Positions 16,286 to 26,603 of a stretch of 64,000 bases of DNA are shown here, piece by piece. Positions within the stretch are counted from its first letter, which is position 1, and every line of letters begins with the position of its first letter. Under the pieces are notes generated by a model. It was not told where the DNA came from. It ran no database searches and saw only the letters and a program-made list of their open reading frames with translations. A program made the position numbers and the translations under genes. The stretch is taken from assembly GCA_045598385.1 (NCBI GenBank), contig JAZLLY010000028.1:1500-65499 (forward strand), in the 5' to 3' direction. The DNA is from Eubacteriales bacterium. Lineage in GTDB: Bacteria > Bacillota > Clostridia > Oscillospirales > CAG-272.

Positions 16286-17650
16286 ATGAAAATTATGCTC
16301 GCAGGAGGCGGAAAAGTCGGCGAATCTTTGACCTCTCTCCTTTCGGCGGAGGGCTACGACGTCACCGTCATCGACAAGGACAAAGCCGCGCTCGAAAGCA
16401 TCGTCGAAAACTTTGACGTCTTTTCGATGAACGGCAACTGCGCTTCCATGGAAGTGCTGGAAGAAGCCGGCGTGAAGGACACCGATCTTCTGATCGCGGT
16501 CACCGATTCCGACGAAGTCAACCTGCTTTGTAGCGCCACGGCGCACAGTCTGAATCCGAAACTCCACACGATCGCCAGGATCCGTAACCCCGAATACACG
16601 GGACAGATCTACAAGATGCGCGACACGTTCTCGCTCTCCATGGTCTTCAACCCCGACCGGCAGGCGGCGGCGGAGATCGACCGTCTTCTCAAATATCCCG
16701 GATTTCTCAAGCGTGATACCTTTGCCAAAGGGCGTCTCGAGATCGTGGAACTGAAGCTCGAAGAGGGCAACCCGTTCTGCGGAACGAAACTGTACGCGCT
16801 GTCCGAAAAAACAAAGTGCCGCGTCCTGATCTGCGCGGTCGTCCGCGACGGCGTCTCCTATACGCCGGACGGCAATTTCATTCTCGAGGAGGGTGACCGC
16901 GTTTACGTGACCGCCGACGCTTCCGATCTTTCCGTTCTTCTGAAAGAATTCGGCATCGTCAGCAAAAAGGCACACCACGTCTTTATCGTCGGCGGCGGCC
17001 GCGTCACGTTCTATCTCGCCAAAATGCTGACGGCACGCGGCGTAAGTGTCAAGATCATCGACCGCAGCAAAGAACGCTGTGAAGAACTCGCCGGACTTCT
17101 GCCCGCCAGCGTGGATATCATCTGTGCCGACGCCACCCAGCCGTCTCTTCTGGAAAGCGAGGGCATCGACGACTGCGACGCCTTCATCACCGCGACGGAC
17201 CTGGACGAACTCAACATTCTCCTTTCCCTGTACGCCGACAGCGTGAAAGTTCCGCAGATCATCACAAAACTTTCGCACATGGAGGACGGCAAAGTCACCG
17301 ACAGTCTGCCCCTCGGCTCGATCGTGATGCCAAACAAGCTCTGCTGCAACAACATCGTGCGTTACGTCCGCGCCATGCGCCGCAAGACGGGCGCCGCCAT
17401 CTCGGTGCATAAGATCGCCGACGGTGAAACCGAAGCTACGGAATTCATCGTGGACGCTTCGACACGCCACGTGGGCGAAGAACTTTTGAATATGAAAATG
17501 AAGCCCGGACTTCTTCTCGCGGGTATCATGAAAGACGACAAGATCGAGATTCCCGACGGACACTCGAAGTTCGAGATCGGCGATACCGTCGTCGTTGTTT
17601 CCGGCGGAGACGGCGTCGTTCTGGAACTGAACGACATCTTTGCCGATTAA
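16286..17650 (+). CDS. trkA: Trk potassium uptake system, NAD-binding subunit TrkA
   Basis: Two RCK_N/RCK_C repeats (MKIMLAGGGKVGESL and HVFIVGGGRVTFYLA). The start is set at ATG 16286. Confidence 0.9.
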   Translation: MKIMLAGGGKVGESLTSLLSAEGYDVTVIDKDKAALESIVENFDVFSMNGNCASMEVLEEAGVKDTDLLIAVTDSDEVNLLCSATAHSLNPKLHTIARIRNPEYTGQIYKMRDTFSLSMVFNPDRQAAAEIDRLLKYPGFLKRDTFAKGRLEIVELKLEEGNPFCGTKLYALSEKTKCRVLICAVVRDGVSYTPDGNFILEEGDRVYVTADASDLSVLLKEFGIVSKKAHHVFIVGGGRVTFYLAKMLTARGVSVKIIDRSKERCEELAGLLPASVDIICADATQPSLLESEGIDDCDAFITATDLDELNILLSLYADSVKVPQIITKLSHMEDGKVTDSLPLGSIVMPNKLCCNNIVRYVRAMRRKTGAAISVHKIADGETEATEFIVDASTRHVGEELLNMKMKPGLLLAGIMKDDKIEIPDGHSKFEIGDTVVVVSGGDGVVLELNDIFAD

Positions 17651-17662
17651 AGAGAGGTATTT

Positions 17663-19147
17663 ATGAATTACAAACTGATGGGACGCTTTCAGGCGTTTCT
17701 GTTCGGTGCCCTCGCCGTTTTCATGGTTCCCGCCATGATCCTGTGCTTCGCGGACGCCGATACCGCCGCCGGTCTTTCGTTCCTCTACGTGCTTCTCGGA
17801 TGCGCGCTCGTCGCCGCCGTTCTGCTCCTTTGCTGTAAGGATGCCGATCACGGTTTCTTTGCCAAAGAGGGCTTCGTCTGCGTGGGCGTCGCCTGGATCC
17901 TGATCAGCGTGATCAGCGCGCTCCCGCTCCGGATCAGCGGCTGCGTCCCGACCTATATCGACGCTCTGTTTGAAATGGCGTCCGGCTTTTCCACGACGGG
18001 TGCCTCCGTCATTGCCGACGTCGAAAGTCTGCCGCGCGGTATTCTCTACTGGCGAAGCTTCAGCCATTGGCTCGGCGGTATGGGTATTCTGGTATTTTTG
18101 CTCGCCGTCATTCCGATGGAGGGCAAAAAACAGGGCTTCACGCTTCATCTGATGCGCGCGGAATCGCCCGGTCCGTCGGTCGGAAAACTCGTGCCGAAAA
18201 TCAAGAAGACCGCGTCGATCCTCTATATTACCTACATCATTCTGACCGTCGCAAACTTCATTTTTCTGCTTTTCGATATGCCGGCTTTCGAGGCACTCTG
18301 TACCGCGATGGGCACGGCGGGCACCGGCGGCTTCGGTGTCAAAAACGACAGTCTCACCGGGTACAGCAACTACGTGCAGATCGTCACCACCGTCTTCATG
18401 TTCCTGTTTGCCGTCAACTTCGGTTGTTATTACCTCATCATTCTCGGCAAGATCAAAAACGTTCTGAAAGACGAGGAGCTACGCGCCTTTATCATCATCG
18501 TCGCCTGCTCCGTGCTCTTCATCACCTGCAATCTGTTCTTTACGCAGAATGACTTTACGCAGAAAAACTACGAAACGGTCGGGAAAGCCCTCAAGGACGC
18601 GGCGTTCCAGGTCGCGAGCATCGTCTCGACGACCGGATATTCCACCGCCGACTTCGACCTTTGGCCGGCGTTCTCAAAAGCGGTGCTGCTCTTTCTGATG
18701 GTCATCGGCGCCTGCGCCGGATCGACGGGCGGCGGACTGAAATGCTCCCGTCTTCTGATCCTCGTCAAAGGTGTCGTGCGCAACGTCAAGCAGGCGCTTC
18801 ATCCGCAGAAAGTCGCAACCATTCGCATCAACAACAAGACCGTCGAAGAAAAGACCGTGGAAAGCACAAACTCCTATTTTGTGGCATATGTGTCAATATT
18901 AGTTGTCAGTTTTCTGCTTATTTCACTCGACAAATACGTCGGAGGAGATCCGACGACGGCATTTACCGCGGTGCTTGCCTGCTTCAATAATATCGGTCCC
19001 GGTCTCGCCGGTGTCGGTCCTACCGCGAACTTTTCCGGCTTTTCCGCCGTATCCAAACTCATCTTCGTTTTCGATATGCTCGCGGGCAGACTCGAAATCT
19101 ATCCGATCCTCATCCTCTTCTCCGGTCGCGTCTGGAAAAGAGCGTGA
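17663..19147 (+). CDS. trkH: TrkH-family potassium transporter membrane subunit
   Basis: 494 aa, polytopic. Selectivity-filter-like repeats: SGFSTTGAS, GTAGTGGFG, VSTTGYST and GACAGSTGGGLK. Confidence 0.9.
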   Translation: MNYKLMGRFQAFLFGALAVFMVPAMILCFADADTAAGLSFLYVLLGCALVAAVLLLCCKDADHGFFAKEGFVCVGVAWILISVISALPLRISGCVPTYIDALFEMASGFSTTGASVIADVESLPRGILYWRSFSHWLGGMGILVFLLAVIPMEGKKQGFTLHLMRAESPGPSVGKLVPKIKKTASILYITYIILTVANFIFLLFDMPAFEALCTAMGTAGTGGFGVKNDSLTGYSNYVQIVTTVFMFLFAVNFGCYYLIILGKIKNVLKDEELRAFIIIVACSVLFITCNLFFTQNDFTQKNYETVGKALKDAAFQVASIVSTTGYSTADFDLWPAFSKAVLLFLMVIGACAGSTGGGLKCSRLLILVKGVVRNVKQALHPQKVATIRINNKTVEEKTVESTNSYFVAYVSILVVSFLLISLDKYVGGDPTTAFTAVLACFNNIGPGLAGVGPTANFSGFSAVSKLIFVFDMLAGRLEIYPILILFSGRVWKRA

Positions 19148-19207
19148 ATCGCCGGACAATCGGTTTTGCGGGCGGCGGACGCACCGCCGTTCTATTCCGT
19201 CAAAGTC

Positions 19208-19310
19208 ATGGAAAGACGGAAAATCCTAATCTTTCAATGTTATGGTAAGACGAAAATCCTAATCTTCCAATGTCATGGTAAGACGAAAATCCTGTTCTCT
19301 CAAAACCATC
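19208..19310. repeat. Three tandem copies of a 33-34 bp unit
   Basis: ATGG(A/T)AAGACG(G)AAAATCCTAATCTT(T/C)CAATGT(T/C). Unit starts at 19208, 19242 and 19275, and the third copy is degenerate. Confidence 0.8.
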
Positions 19311-19317
19311 AAAAGAT

Positions 19318-19392
19318 AAAAATCCGAAACCGAAAGATCGTCTCTATGCGGGATCTTCCCGTGCGATCTTACGGTTTCGGATTTTCTTTTTT
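19318..19392. terminator. Long bidirectional terminator hairpin between trkH and addA
   Basis: AAAAATCCGAAACCGaAAGATCG...CGATCTTaCGGTTTCGGATTTT, with T-runs on both strands. Confidence 0.8.
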
Positions 19393-19404
19393 GAAAATAT
19401 TTCT

Positions 19405-22400
19405 TTACAATTCGACAGTATAACCGAGCAAGAGCGAATAGATCTCCGTTTTTTCGGGGTATTTACCGAAGAGGGAGCGGACGGCTTCTTTGTAATAAGA
19501 AAGCTGTCTTTCGTGCTTTTCGCGGAGGATCTTTGCCGCCACGCCCGGATTATCCAGCGCATAAGGCGGCAGTCGGTCCGTCTTGTAATCGACGAGCGTC
19601 AACGTCCCGTCGCTGTTCTCCATCACGCAGTCCATAACGCCTTGCACGAGCAGTTTTTTGCCGACAAGGTCTTTTTTCTTTTCTTCATCGGTCGTGAACG
19701 CTTCGGCGGGCAAACGGACGTGAAAACGCAGTTCGCGGTACAGTTTTTTCGCATCTCGCATCCTGCGTGCCAGATCCGACACGCAAAACTTCCCGATCTC
19801 TTCCATCCGGACAAGTTTTGCGTCTTCTTCCGAAAGAAAACGCATAGCGAGAAGCCGGGACAGTTCCGCCTCTGCTCCCTCCGACTGCAATCTCTCGAAA
19901 TCGCAGAACTGCAAAAACGCGTGGGTGGCGATACCGCGTTTTGCCGCTTCGTCCTCGATCTTCCCCGAAAGGAAGCGCGGCTCGCGGTGTCCTTTCTCTT
20001 TCGGCTCCCCGTTTGGCAGTTGCGCCGCGTCGTCCTCCGTTCCGTCAAGAACGGCGGGATACAGTTTCGAGACCGACAGTTTTTCGGGAACACCGAGGGT
20101 GGCGGCGTCGGGATAAAGATACGAAAACCGATCTTTCAGGGTTTCAACGAGCAAGGGATCGGCAGGAATCTCAACGGACCCGGCGTCATCGTCAACCGTA
20201 TCCGTAATCGGGCAATCCCCCGCGAGGTTTCTCACTTGCTCCGCAGGAATGAAACGGAAAGTCACGCTTTCGTTCGCGCCGATCACCGTCCAGTCAAGAT
20301 AACTTGCGGCGCCGAGAACGTCCGCGCGCTTATCAACAGCATAACGGGCGTTCATTCTATCGTTTTCAAAATCTTCTTCTTTTTGCGAGCGGCAGGCAAA
20401 CAGATACAGTCTTTCTTCGGCTCGCGTCATCGCTACGTAAAAAATGCGCATCTCTTCGTCGAGCATTTTTCTTTTTGCGATATGTTTGACGGCCTCGCGC
20501 ATCGGGGTATTGACGCGAACGGTGCCGGTCTCGTCGTAAAGCGTGCAGGCGAAGCCGAGTTCTTCGGAAAACAGGATCGTGTCTTTCGCGTCTCTGTCAA
20601 CGAGCGCCGTGGCACATTCCGGAAGAAAGACCACGGGAAACTCCAGTCCTTTCGAGGCGTGGATCGTCATGAAACGCACCGCATTTTCTTCCGGTACGCT
20701 GCTGTCCGGCGCGTCGAACTTTCCGTTCTTCTCGAGCACGCGGGTAACGTAGCGGAGAAACGCCCCGAGTCCCTGATAAGAGGTATGCTCAAACTTACGG
20801 GCATTCTCAAAGAGGATCCAGAGATTGTCATCCTCCCCGTTTCTGACGGCAAGGGATAAAAGTCCCGTTTCGTGATATAGGCGGAACAAGAGTTCTTCGA
20901 GTTTCGTTCCCTCCGACATCGTGCGATAGGCACAAAGCGAGGAAAGAAATTGCTTTGCTTTTTCGTTTTCGCCGTGTTTTTCCGCGTACGAAAGCAGAGA
21001 GACGTAGAGCGGTGCTTTCGGCTTTTCTTCACGGATCGCCGTCATATCGTCGGGGGAAAAACCGTAGATCGGCGACATCATCACGCCGGAAAGGTAAATA
21101 TCCCGATAGGGATTGTCGATCGCGTTCAGCAGAGCGATAGCCAAAAGGACGGACGGGCTTTTGAAAAACTCTTTTTCACCGGCACCTCGGCAAGGAATGC
21201 CGTTTTGCTCGAAAACGTCAATCATTGTTTGCATATTCGTTCCGTTTCGCATTAAAACGACAATATCGCCGTAACAGATCGGCGTGCCGTCGTCTTTTTT
21301 GTCGGAACAAAGTTCCATGACTTTATCCGCCATCACATACGCTTCGGCGGCGGCTTTGTTCTTCAGTTCCGCGATGACCCGATCCGACTCATCCGCCGTT
21401 TCGCTCTGTTTTTCGGCTTTCCATTCCAGGACGGTCACTTCGCTTTTCCGGAGCGGCGCGCCGTTGTTTTTCCGATAGATCATCTCTTCGTCTTTTACGT
21501 AACCGATGCTGTCCGCGATCGCATCGAACAGGACGCCGAAGATCTCGTTGACGGTACGGACAATGCCCTCGTCGCTACGGAAGTTTTCCGACATGAAGAT
21601 CGTTCCCGCCTTGTCTTTCGCTTCGGCGTCGCAAAGAGGAAACGCCTTTTTCATCCCGGCGAAGATCGTGGGATCTGCCGAGCGGAAACCGTAAATGCTC
21701 TGTTTGATATCGCCGACCATAAAACGGTTATCGTCTTTTGCCAGCGCCTCGAAGATCTTGTGCTGAAGCGGGTTGATATCCTGGTATTCGTCGATGAAGA
21801 TCATGCGGTACTGTTCCCGCAAAAGTTCCGCGGTCGGCGTCCGCTCGCCGTCTTTCCACAAACTTTCGTAAAAATACCGTTCGAGATCCGAATATTCGCA
21901 AATGCCGAGCCGTTTTTTCTCGGCGCGGAAGCGTTCGTCAAAAGCGGAAAGCACGGCAGCCGTCGCTTTTGCCGCTTTTCGCGTTTCCCCGTAAGTTTCC
22001 ATGAAATCTTCCGCCGAGCAGACGAAAAACGAAGATAACGTGCCGTCAAAAATCGTTTTTTGAAAGTTCTGATGCAATCCGCGGCAAAGGTATTCGGTGT
22101 CCGTCGCAGTCTTTTTTATGACTCCGGGCGCTTTTGTCTTTTCGTACGAAAGGACGGCATCCCGGATCTCCGCATAGGCATCGCACCGTGTCAGACGGTC
22201 GAGAAAATCGCGCTCTGTGCCGAGATAAACCGCCCACGCCTGTTCTTTCGGGTCGCCGAAATGCAGAGTTTCGAGTCTTTTCCGGTAAGCGGCAAGCAGG
22301 TTTTCCGCCTGTTTTTTCGTCTCCGCGACAATATACGCGCCGAACGTTGTTTCCTCCGGCGTATTTGCCGGCGGAAACTTTTCCTCAATATCGGAAAGCA

Positions 22401-22986
22401 CGAAAACGCCCTTTTCGTGGCTCTGTGTCTTTTCATAAAGAGAGAGCAAAACGCTCCCGATGCCCGTTTCCGAATTTTTCACGCCGACGAGCATATCGGT
22501 GAGGGACAAAAAATCCTTTTCGCTCACGCGGTCAGCGTAGGCGCCGTCATAAAAACCCGAAAGAACGGTCTCCATCACATCCGACGCGAGCAATGCCGCC
22601 TCGGCGGAATCGGCGATCCTGTAATTGGGCAAAAGACCGAGCGCTTCGGCGTTTTGCTTGAGAAAATCCTGGCAAAGACTGTCGATCGTCATGATATTGG
22701 CGGCGGAAAGCAACGCCAGCTGCTTTTGCAGATGCGCGTTTTGCGGCTGCTTTCCGATAGCGTCGCCGAGGGCTTTTTCCACACGGGCACGGATCTCCTC
22801 CACGGCGGCGTTGGTAAACGTCACGATCAGAAGTTCCGTGATATCCGCCGGATCGGTCGCGTCTGTCAGCGTATCAATGATACGCCGGATCAGCGTGGTC
22901 GTTTTGCCCGATCCCGCACCGGCAGAGATCAGAAGCGTCCGATCTTTGACGTCCAGCGCAAGTTTTTGCTTATCGGTGAATCCCAT
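19405..22986 (-). CDS. addA: AddA-type ATP-dependent helicase/nuclease (UvrD-like SF1 helicase with a C-terminal PD-(D/E)XK nuclease)
   Basis: 1193 aa. Walker A SAGAGSGKTTTL, FIDEYQDINP, TIHASKGLEFPVVF, YVAMTRAEERL. The C-terminal nuclease motif is LLVQGVMDCVMEN...LTLVDYKTD. Confidence 0.88.
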   Translation of the reverse strand: MGFTDKQKLALDVKDRTLLISAGAGSGKTTTLIRRIIDTLTDATDPADITELLIVTFTNAAVEEIRARVEKALGDAIGKQPQNAHLQKQLALLSAANIMTIDSLCQDFLKQNAEALGLLPNYRIADSAEAALLASDVMETVLSGFYDGAYADRVSEKDFLSLTDMLVGVKNSETGIGSVLLSLYEKTQSHEKGVFVLSDIEEKFPPANTPEETTFGAYIVAETKKQAENLLAAYRKRLETLHFGDPKEQAWAVYLGTERDFLDRLTRCDAYAEIRDAVLSYEKTKAPGVIKKTATDTEYLCRGLHQNFQKTIFDGTLSSFFVCSAEDFMETYGETRKAAKATAAVLSAFDERFRAEKKRLGICEYSDLERYFYESLWKDGERTPTAELLREQYRMIFIDEYQDINPLQHKIFEALAKDDNRFMVGDIKQSIYGFRSADPTIFAGMKKAFPLCDAEAKDKAGTIFMSENFRSDEGIVRTVNEIFGVLFDAIADSIGYVKDEEMIYRKNNGAPLRKSEVTVLEWKAEKQSETADESDRVIAELKNKAAAEAYVMADKVMELCSDKKDDGTPICYGDIVVLMRNGTNMQTMIDVFEQNGIPCRGAGEKEFFKSPSVLLAIALLNAIDNPYRDIYLSGVMMSPIYGFSPDDMTAIREEKPKAPLYVSLLSYAEKHGENEKAKQFLSSLCAYRTMSEGTKLEELLFRLYHETGLLSLAVRNGEDDNLWILFENARKFEHTSYQGLGAFLRYVTRVLEKNGKFDAPDSSVPEENAVRFMTIHASKGLEFPVVFLPECATALVDRDAKDTILFSEELGFACTLYDETGTVRVNTPMREAVKHIAKRKMLDEEMRIFYVAMTRAEERLYLFACRSQKEEDFENDRMNARYAVDKRADVLGAASYLDWTVIGANESVTFRFIPAEQVRNLAGDCPITDTVDDDAGSVEIPADPLLVETLKDRFSYLYPDAATLGVPEKLSVSKLYPAVLDGTEDDAAQLPNGEPKEKGHREPRFLSGKIEDEAAKRGIATHAFLQFCDFERLQSEGAEAELSRLLAMRFLSEEDAKLVRMEEIGKFCVSDLARRMRDAKKLYRELRFHVRLPAEAFTTDEEKKKDLVGKKLLVQGVMDCVMENSDGTLTLVDYKTDRLPPYALDNPGVAAKILREKHERQLSYYKEAVRSLFGKYPEKTEIYSLLLGYTVEL

Positions 22987-23119
22987 ATCTTACCTCAATT
23001 TCGGTTTTCCGTTCCGTGACGGACCGTTTTTTCGTTGCTTTGATTGAGGACGGTTTCGCTCGGCCGTCCGGCGATTTGCGTTTCTCGAGCGAAAGATCCC
23101 GATTTTCCGCACGAGGATT

Positions 23120-24013
23120 TCAGAGTTCAATCTGTTTTATCGGTTTGACGGCAGGGCCGTCGGCGGTCATTACGGCTTCGCCGATGGCAAAGAACGTTTC
23201 CCCGTCATACAGGCGAACCCTTTGATTTTCATCGAAATGCGCGCCGATCTTTTTTTGCAGGATCGTTTGTCCGGACCGTGCAAGACGCGCAAAGAACGGC
23301 GGCAATACGACCGCGGGATCCGAGAGAAAGAGCGTTTCCGGCGGAAAAACGACAGCGTCTCTTTGCTCCGGCGTCATGGCTTCGAGTTGTTCGAGCGTAT
23401 GCGCATCGGCAAGGGTAAATCCGCCGGCGCTGACACGGCGCAGAGACGCCATCACGCCACCCACCCCGAGCGCGGCGCCGATATCGGCGCAAAGCGTACG
23501 GATATACGTTCCTTTGGAACAGAGAACGTCAAGAGAATACTCGCGATCGGTGAGTTTCTCCACGCCGAGCCGAAAAACGGTTATCGGTCGGGGTTCCCGC
23601 TCGACGCTGATACCGGCACGGGCGAGATCAACGAGTTTTTTTCCGCCGATTTTCAAAGCGGAATACATCGGCGGCGTCTGGAGGATCCGCCCGACAAACG
23701 AGGAACAGACGTCTCTCACTTTCTCTTCGGGCGGCAAAAGGTCACAAGTCGAAAGCACTTTTCCCGTCACGTCCTCCGTGTCGGTCGTCAGACCGAGCCA
23801 CAGCGTCGCAACGTAGTGTTTTTCTCCCGTCAGAAGATATTCCGACAGTTTGACGCTGCGTCCGATCAAAATCGGCAGAACGCCCGTCGCCATCGGATCG
23901 AGCGTACCGGTGTGACCGGCTTTATCCGCACCGAGCAACCGTTGAACGCGGCGCACCGCCGCAAAAGAAGTCATATTTTGTCCTTTGTCCAAAATGAGAA
24001 TACCGTTTTTCAT
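23120..24013 (-). CDS. truB: tRNA pseudouridine(55) synthase
   Basis: GHTGTLDPMATGVLPILIG is the catalytic Asp motif. There is a PUA-like C-terminus. Confidence 0.95.
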   Translation of the reverse strand: MKNGILILDKGQNMTSFAAVRRVQRLLGADKAGHTGTLDPMATGVLPILIGRSVKLSEYLLTGEKHYVATLWLGLTTDTEDVTGKVLSTCDLLPPEEKVRDVCSSFVGRILQTPPMYSALKIGGKKLVDLARAGISVEREPRPITVFRLGVEKLTDREYSLDVLCSKGTYIRTLCADIGAALGVGGVMASLRRVSAGGFTLADAHTLEQLEAMTPEQRDAVVFPPETLFLSDPAVVLPPFFARLARSGQTILQKKIGAHFDENQRVRLYDGETFFAIGEAVMTADGPAVKPIKQIEL

Positions 24014-24148
24014 CTCGTTCTTCCGTTATGCGTTTTTGTAAAGAATTGTTTGTAAATATATCGCATTTTCATCGTTTTTTCGACGCATTGCCGAAAATTA
24101 CGGTTGTTTTCTTGCCGGCCTTCCCTGTTCTGTTTTCTTTCGATTTTC

Positions 24149-24197
24149 TTCGACTGACGGTTTTCGACACCGCGCGCAGCGCCTTTTCGCTTATAAT
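24149..24197 (+). promoter_or_regulatory. Candidate Spo0A-dependent spoIIE promoter
   Basis: TATAAT at 24192-24197. The nearest -35-like element, TTCGACA (24163-24169), is the reverse complement of the 0A box TGTCGAA and lies 22 bp upstream. Further TTCGAC elements start at 24149 and 24079. Confidence 0.45.
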
Positions 24198-24224
24198 GGC
24201 GTAAGAAACAAGCAGGGGGCCTTT

Positions 24225-26603
24225 ATGAAAAATCCAACCGCCGTCCTTTCGTTTTTTAACGACAAAAGAAGGATCTGCAAAGACCGGATCAGAGAGGAAG
24301 CGACAAAAAGAAAAAACGATCCGAAGATGCTTTTTAAGGATCTGTTTTTCTTTTTCACCGGGTTTCTTTTCGCGCGTACACACCTGTATTTCGGCGCGTA
24401 TCCGCTCGGTATTGCCTGGCTGTGCGCTCTTCCTTACGGCGTCTATACGTCACTCGCCGGTTGCGTGATCGGCGCTTTCTCAATGGGAAAACGCGGGATC
24501 GTCTATGCGATGATCTACGCCATCGCCGTGCTTATGCGTCTGTTTCTCTCCGTCTCCGACGCCAAAAACGCCGGAAAGCCGAAGGAACAGCGGTTTTTGG
24601 AATCTCCGATGCTTCGCAGTTCTTTCGCCGTGATCTCGGGTTTTATCGGGGGCGGCTATGAGGTCCTGCTGAACGGACTGACCCTCCCCGCCGTAATCTA
24701 TGCCGCCGCTATGATGCTGACGGCAGGCGTCGCCGCTTTTTTGTTCTCTTTTCTGTTTGCGGAGGATTTTCCCGACGCGCTGTTTCGGTCGGTGCGCCCT
24801 TTGCCCCTTTCGTCGAAAAAAGGTTTGGCGTTCTCCGGGGCGCTCGGAGTAACTCTGTTTTTACTCTCGTATTCTCTATTGCCGTTTTCGGTTGCCGGAA
24901 TCTCGCTTTCTTATTTGCTGACGGGTTTTCTGACACTGTTTTTCGCTTCCCGTTACGGCGGCGTGCCTGCCATGGCGGCAGGATTCCTCTGTGCGCTCCC
25001 CGGCGGGGCATCTGCCGCGGTCGCTTTTGCGCTCGCGGGAGCGGCGGCAGGATTTCTGTTTTCTTTCGGTCTGCTTTACGCACTCCTCGGCGGCGGTGCC
25101 GCCCTGATACTCTGGAGCGGATATACCGAGGGAATGACAGGTTTTTTATCGGTCTTTCCGGAATATGCGCTCGCAGCGTCGCTCGGGTTCCCCGCCTGGC
25201 GAAAGTATTCCGCTTCCGTGCCGAAGCCGGGAAACTCCGCGACGAAAACGGCGGAAGATATGGTCGGGGCTATGGCACTTTCCTATCGGGCAAACGCAGC
25301 CAACAATCAAAAGAAAATCTCGCAATTGTTCCGGTCTTTGGTTCCTATTTTGAATAAAATGCAAAAATTTGATCACAATCCGGAGGAAGAAGAATATAAA
25401 GAGACCGTATGCGAAGTCCTTTTGCATTCCTGTTACGACTGCTCCCACCGTGATCTTTGCGGGACGGCAGGCATACAGAATCTCGTCCGTGGACTGACGG
25501 CAAAAAGTCTGCGAGGCGAAGCATTATCACAAGAGGATATGTCCTTTTGCGATAAAGACGATGATGAAAAACAGCAAATCCTTTATTATCTTTCCCTGCG
25601 GATAGCCGATCTTTCTTCCAGAGACGTGAAGCGTGCCGCCGCGCCTTCCTACGCGGACCTTTGCTCTGCCGTCTCCCGTCTTCTTGAGGAAGCGCAGACG
25701 GAAGCCGAATGCGGCGTTTCGCTCGACACCGCGCTCTCGGAATCCCTCGAAAAGGTTTTGACCAAGCACGGACTGCCGGACGGCGTCGTCCGCGTTTACG
25801 GAAATCGGATCAAAACCGTCGTCGCCGCCGCCGAGGACGCGGGCGGTCGGAAGATCACGTCTCCCGATCTTTTCAAGTCTCTCGAAGAAGCCGTCGGCGC
25901 GTCGCTTTCGGCGCCGTCCTATTATCGGCAGAAAGAAATGGTGCTTTTGGAGTGTAAAACGCGTAAAAAATACGGCATCAGAGCGTTTGCGGCGTCACAA
26001 ACCAAGAACGGAAAAGAGCCCTCCGGGGACTCTTATGATTATTTTGAGGATGAAAGCGGCAAATATTACCTCGTCCTCTCCGACGGCATGGGCAGCGGCG
26101 CCGAAGCAAAGACGGTTTCCCGCTTTTCGTCGGATTATCTGCGGGAAATGATGTCAGCGGGTTGCTCCGAGCATTCATCGCTTTATCTTCTGAACAGTAT
26201 TCTGCGCGGGCAGGGCGACGAATGCTCGACAACCGTCGATCTCTGTGAAGTTGATCTGTTTTCCGGCCACGCGGCGTTTTATAAAAGCGGCGCGGCGCCG
26301 TCTTTTCTCAAGCGAAAAGACAAGATCTACCGCGTCAGAAGCGAAACGGTACCGATCGGCATTCTCCCCACGCTCGATACCGAAAAGATACACGTGGAAA
26401 CAAAAGAGGGAGACGTCATCATCATGTTCTCCGACGGCGTCAGCACGTCTCCGGAAGACGCTCCCTGGCTCTCCGGATTCCTTTCGGGAGAACTTCCCGC
26501 GTCTATGGAAGAATACGCAAACAGTATCCTGGAAGAGACGATCATACACAACAAAAGACGTGATGATATTTCTGTTATTGTCGCACAAATTGTCGCCGCA
26601 TAG
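24225..26603 (+). CDS. spoIIE: Stage II sporulation protein E (membrane PP2C phosphatase)
   Basis: 792 aa. About 10 N-terminal TM helices, a central regulatory region, and a C-terminal PP2C domain (YYLVLSDGMGSGAEA...IIMFSDGV...DDISVIVAQI). Confidence 0.92.
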   Translation: MKNPTAVLSFFNDKRRICKDRIREEATKRKNDPKMLFKDLFFFFTGFLFARTHLYFGAYPLGIAWLCALPYGVYTSLAGCVIGAFSMGKRGIVYAMIYAIAVLMRLFLSVSDAKNAGKPKEQRFLESPMLRSSFAVISGFIGGGYEVLLNGLTLPAVIYAAAMMLTAGVAAFLFSFLFAEDFPDALFRSVRPLPLSSKKGLAFSGALGVTLFLLSYSLLPFSVAGISLSYLLTGFLTLFFASRYGGVPAMAAGFLCALPGGASAAVAFALAGAAAGFLFSFGLLYALLGGGAALILWSGYTEGMTGFLSVFPEYALAASLGFPAWRKYSASVPKPGNSATKTAEDMVGAMALSYRANAANNQKKISQLFRSLVPILNKMQKFDHNPEEEEYKETVCEVLLHSCYDCSHRDLCGTAGIQNLVRGLTAKSLRGEALSQEDMSFCDKDDDEKQQILYYLSLRIADLSSRDVKRAAAPSYADLCSAVSRLLEEAQTEAECGVSLDTALSESLEKVLTKHGLPDGVVRVYGNRIKTVVAAAEDAGGRKITSPDLFKSLEEAVGASLSAPSYYRQKEMVLLECKTRKKYGIRAFAASQTKNGKEPSGDSYDYFEDESGKYYLVLSDGMGSGAEAKTVSRFSSDYLREMMSAGCSEHSSLYLLNSILRGQGDECSTTVDLCEVDLFSGHAAFYKSGAAPSFLKRKDKIYRVRSETVPIGILPTLDTEKIHVETKEGDVIIMFSDGVSTSPEDAPWLSGFLSGELPASMEEYANSILEETIIHNKRRDDISVIVAQIVAA

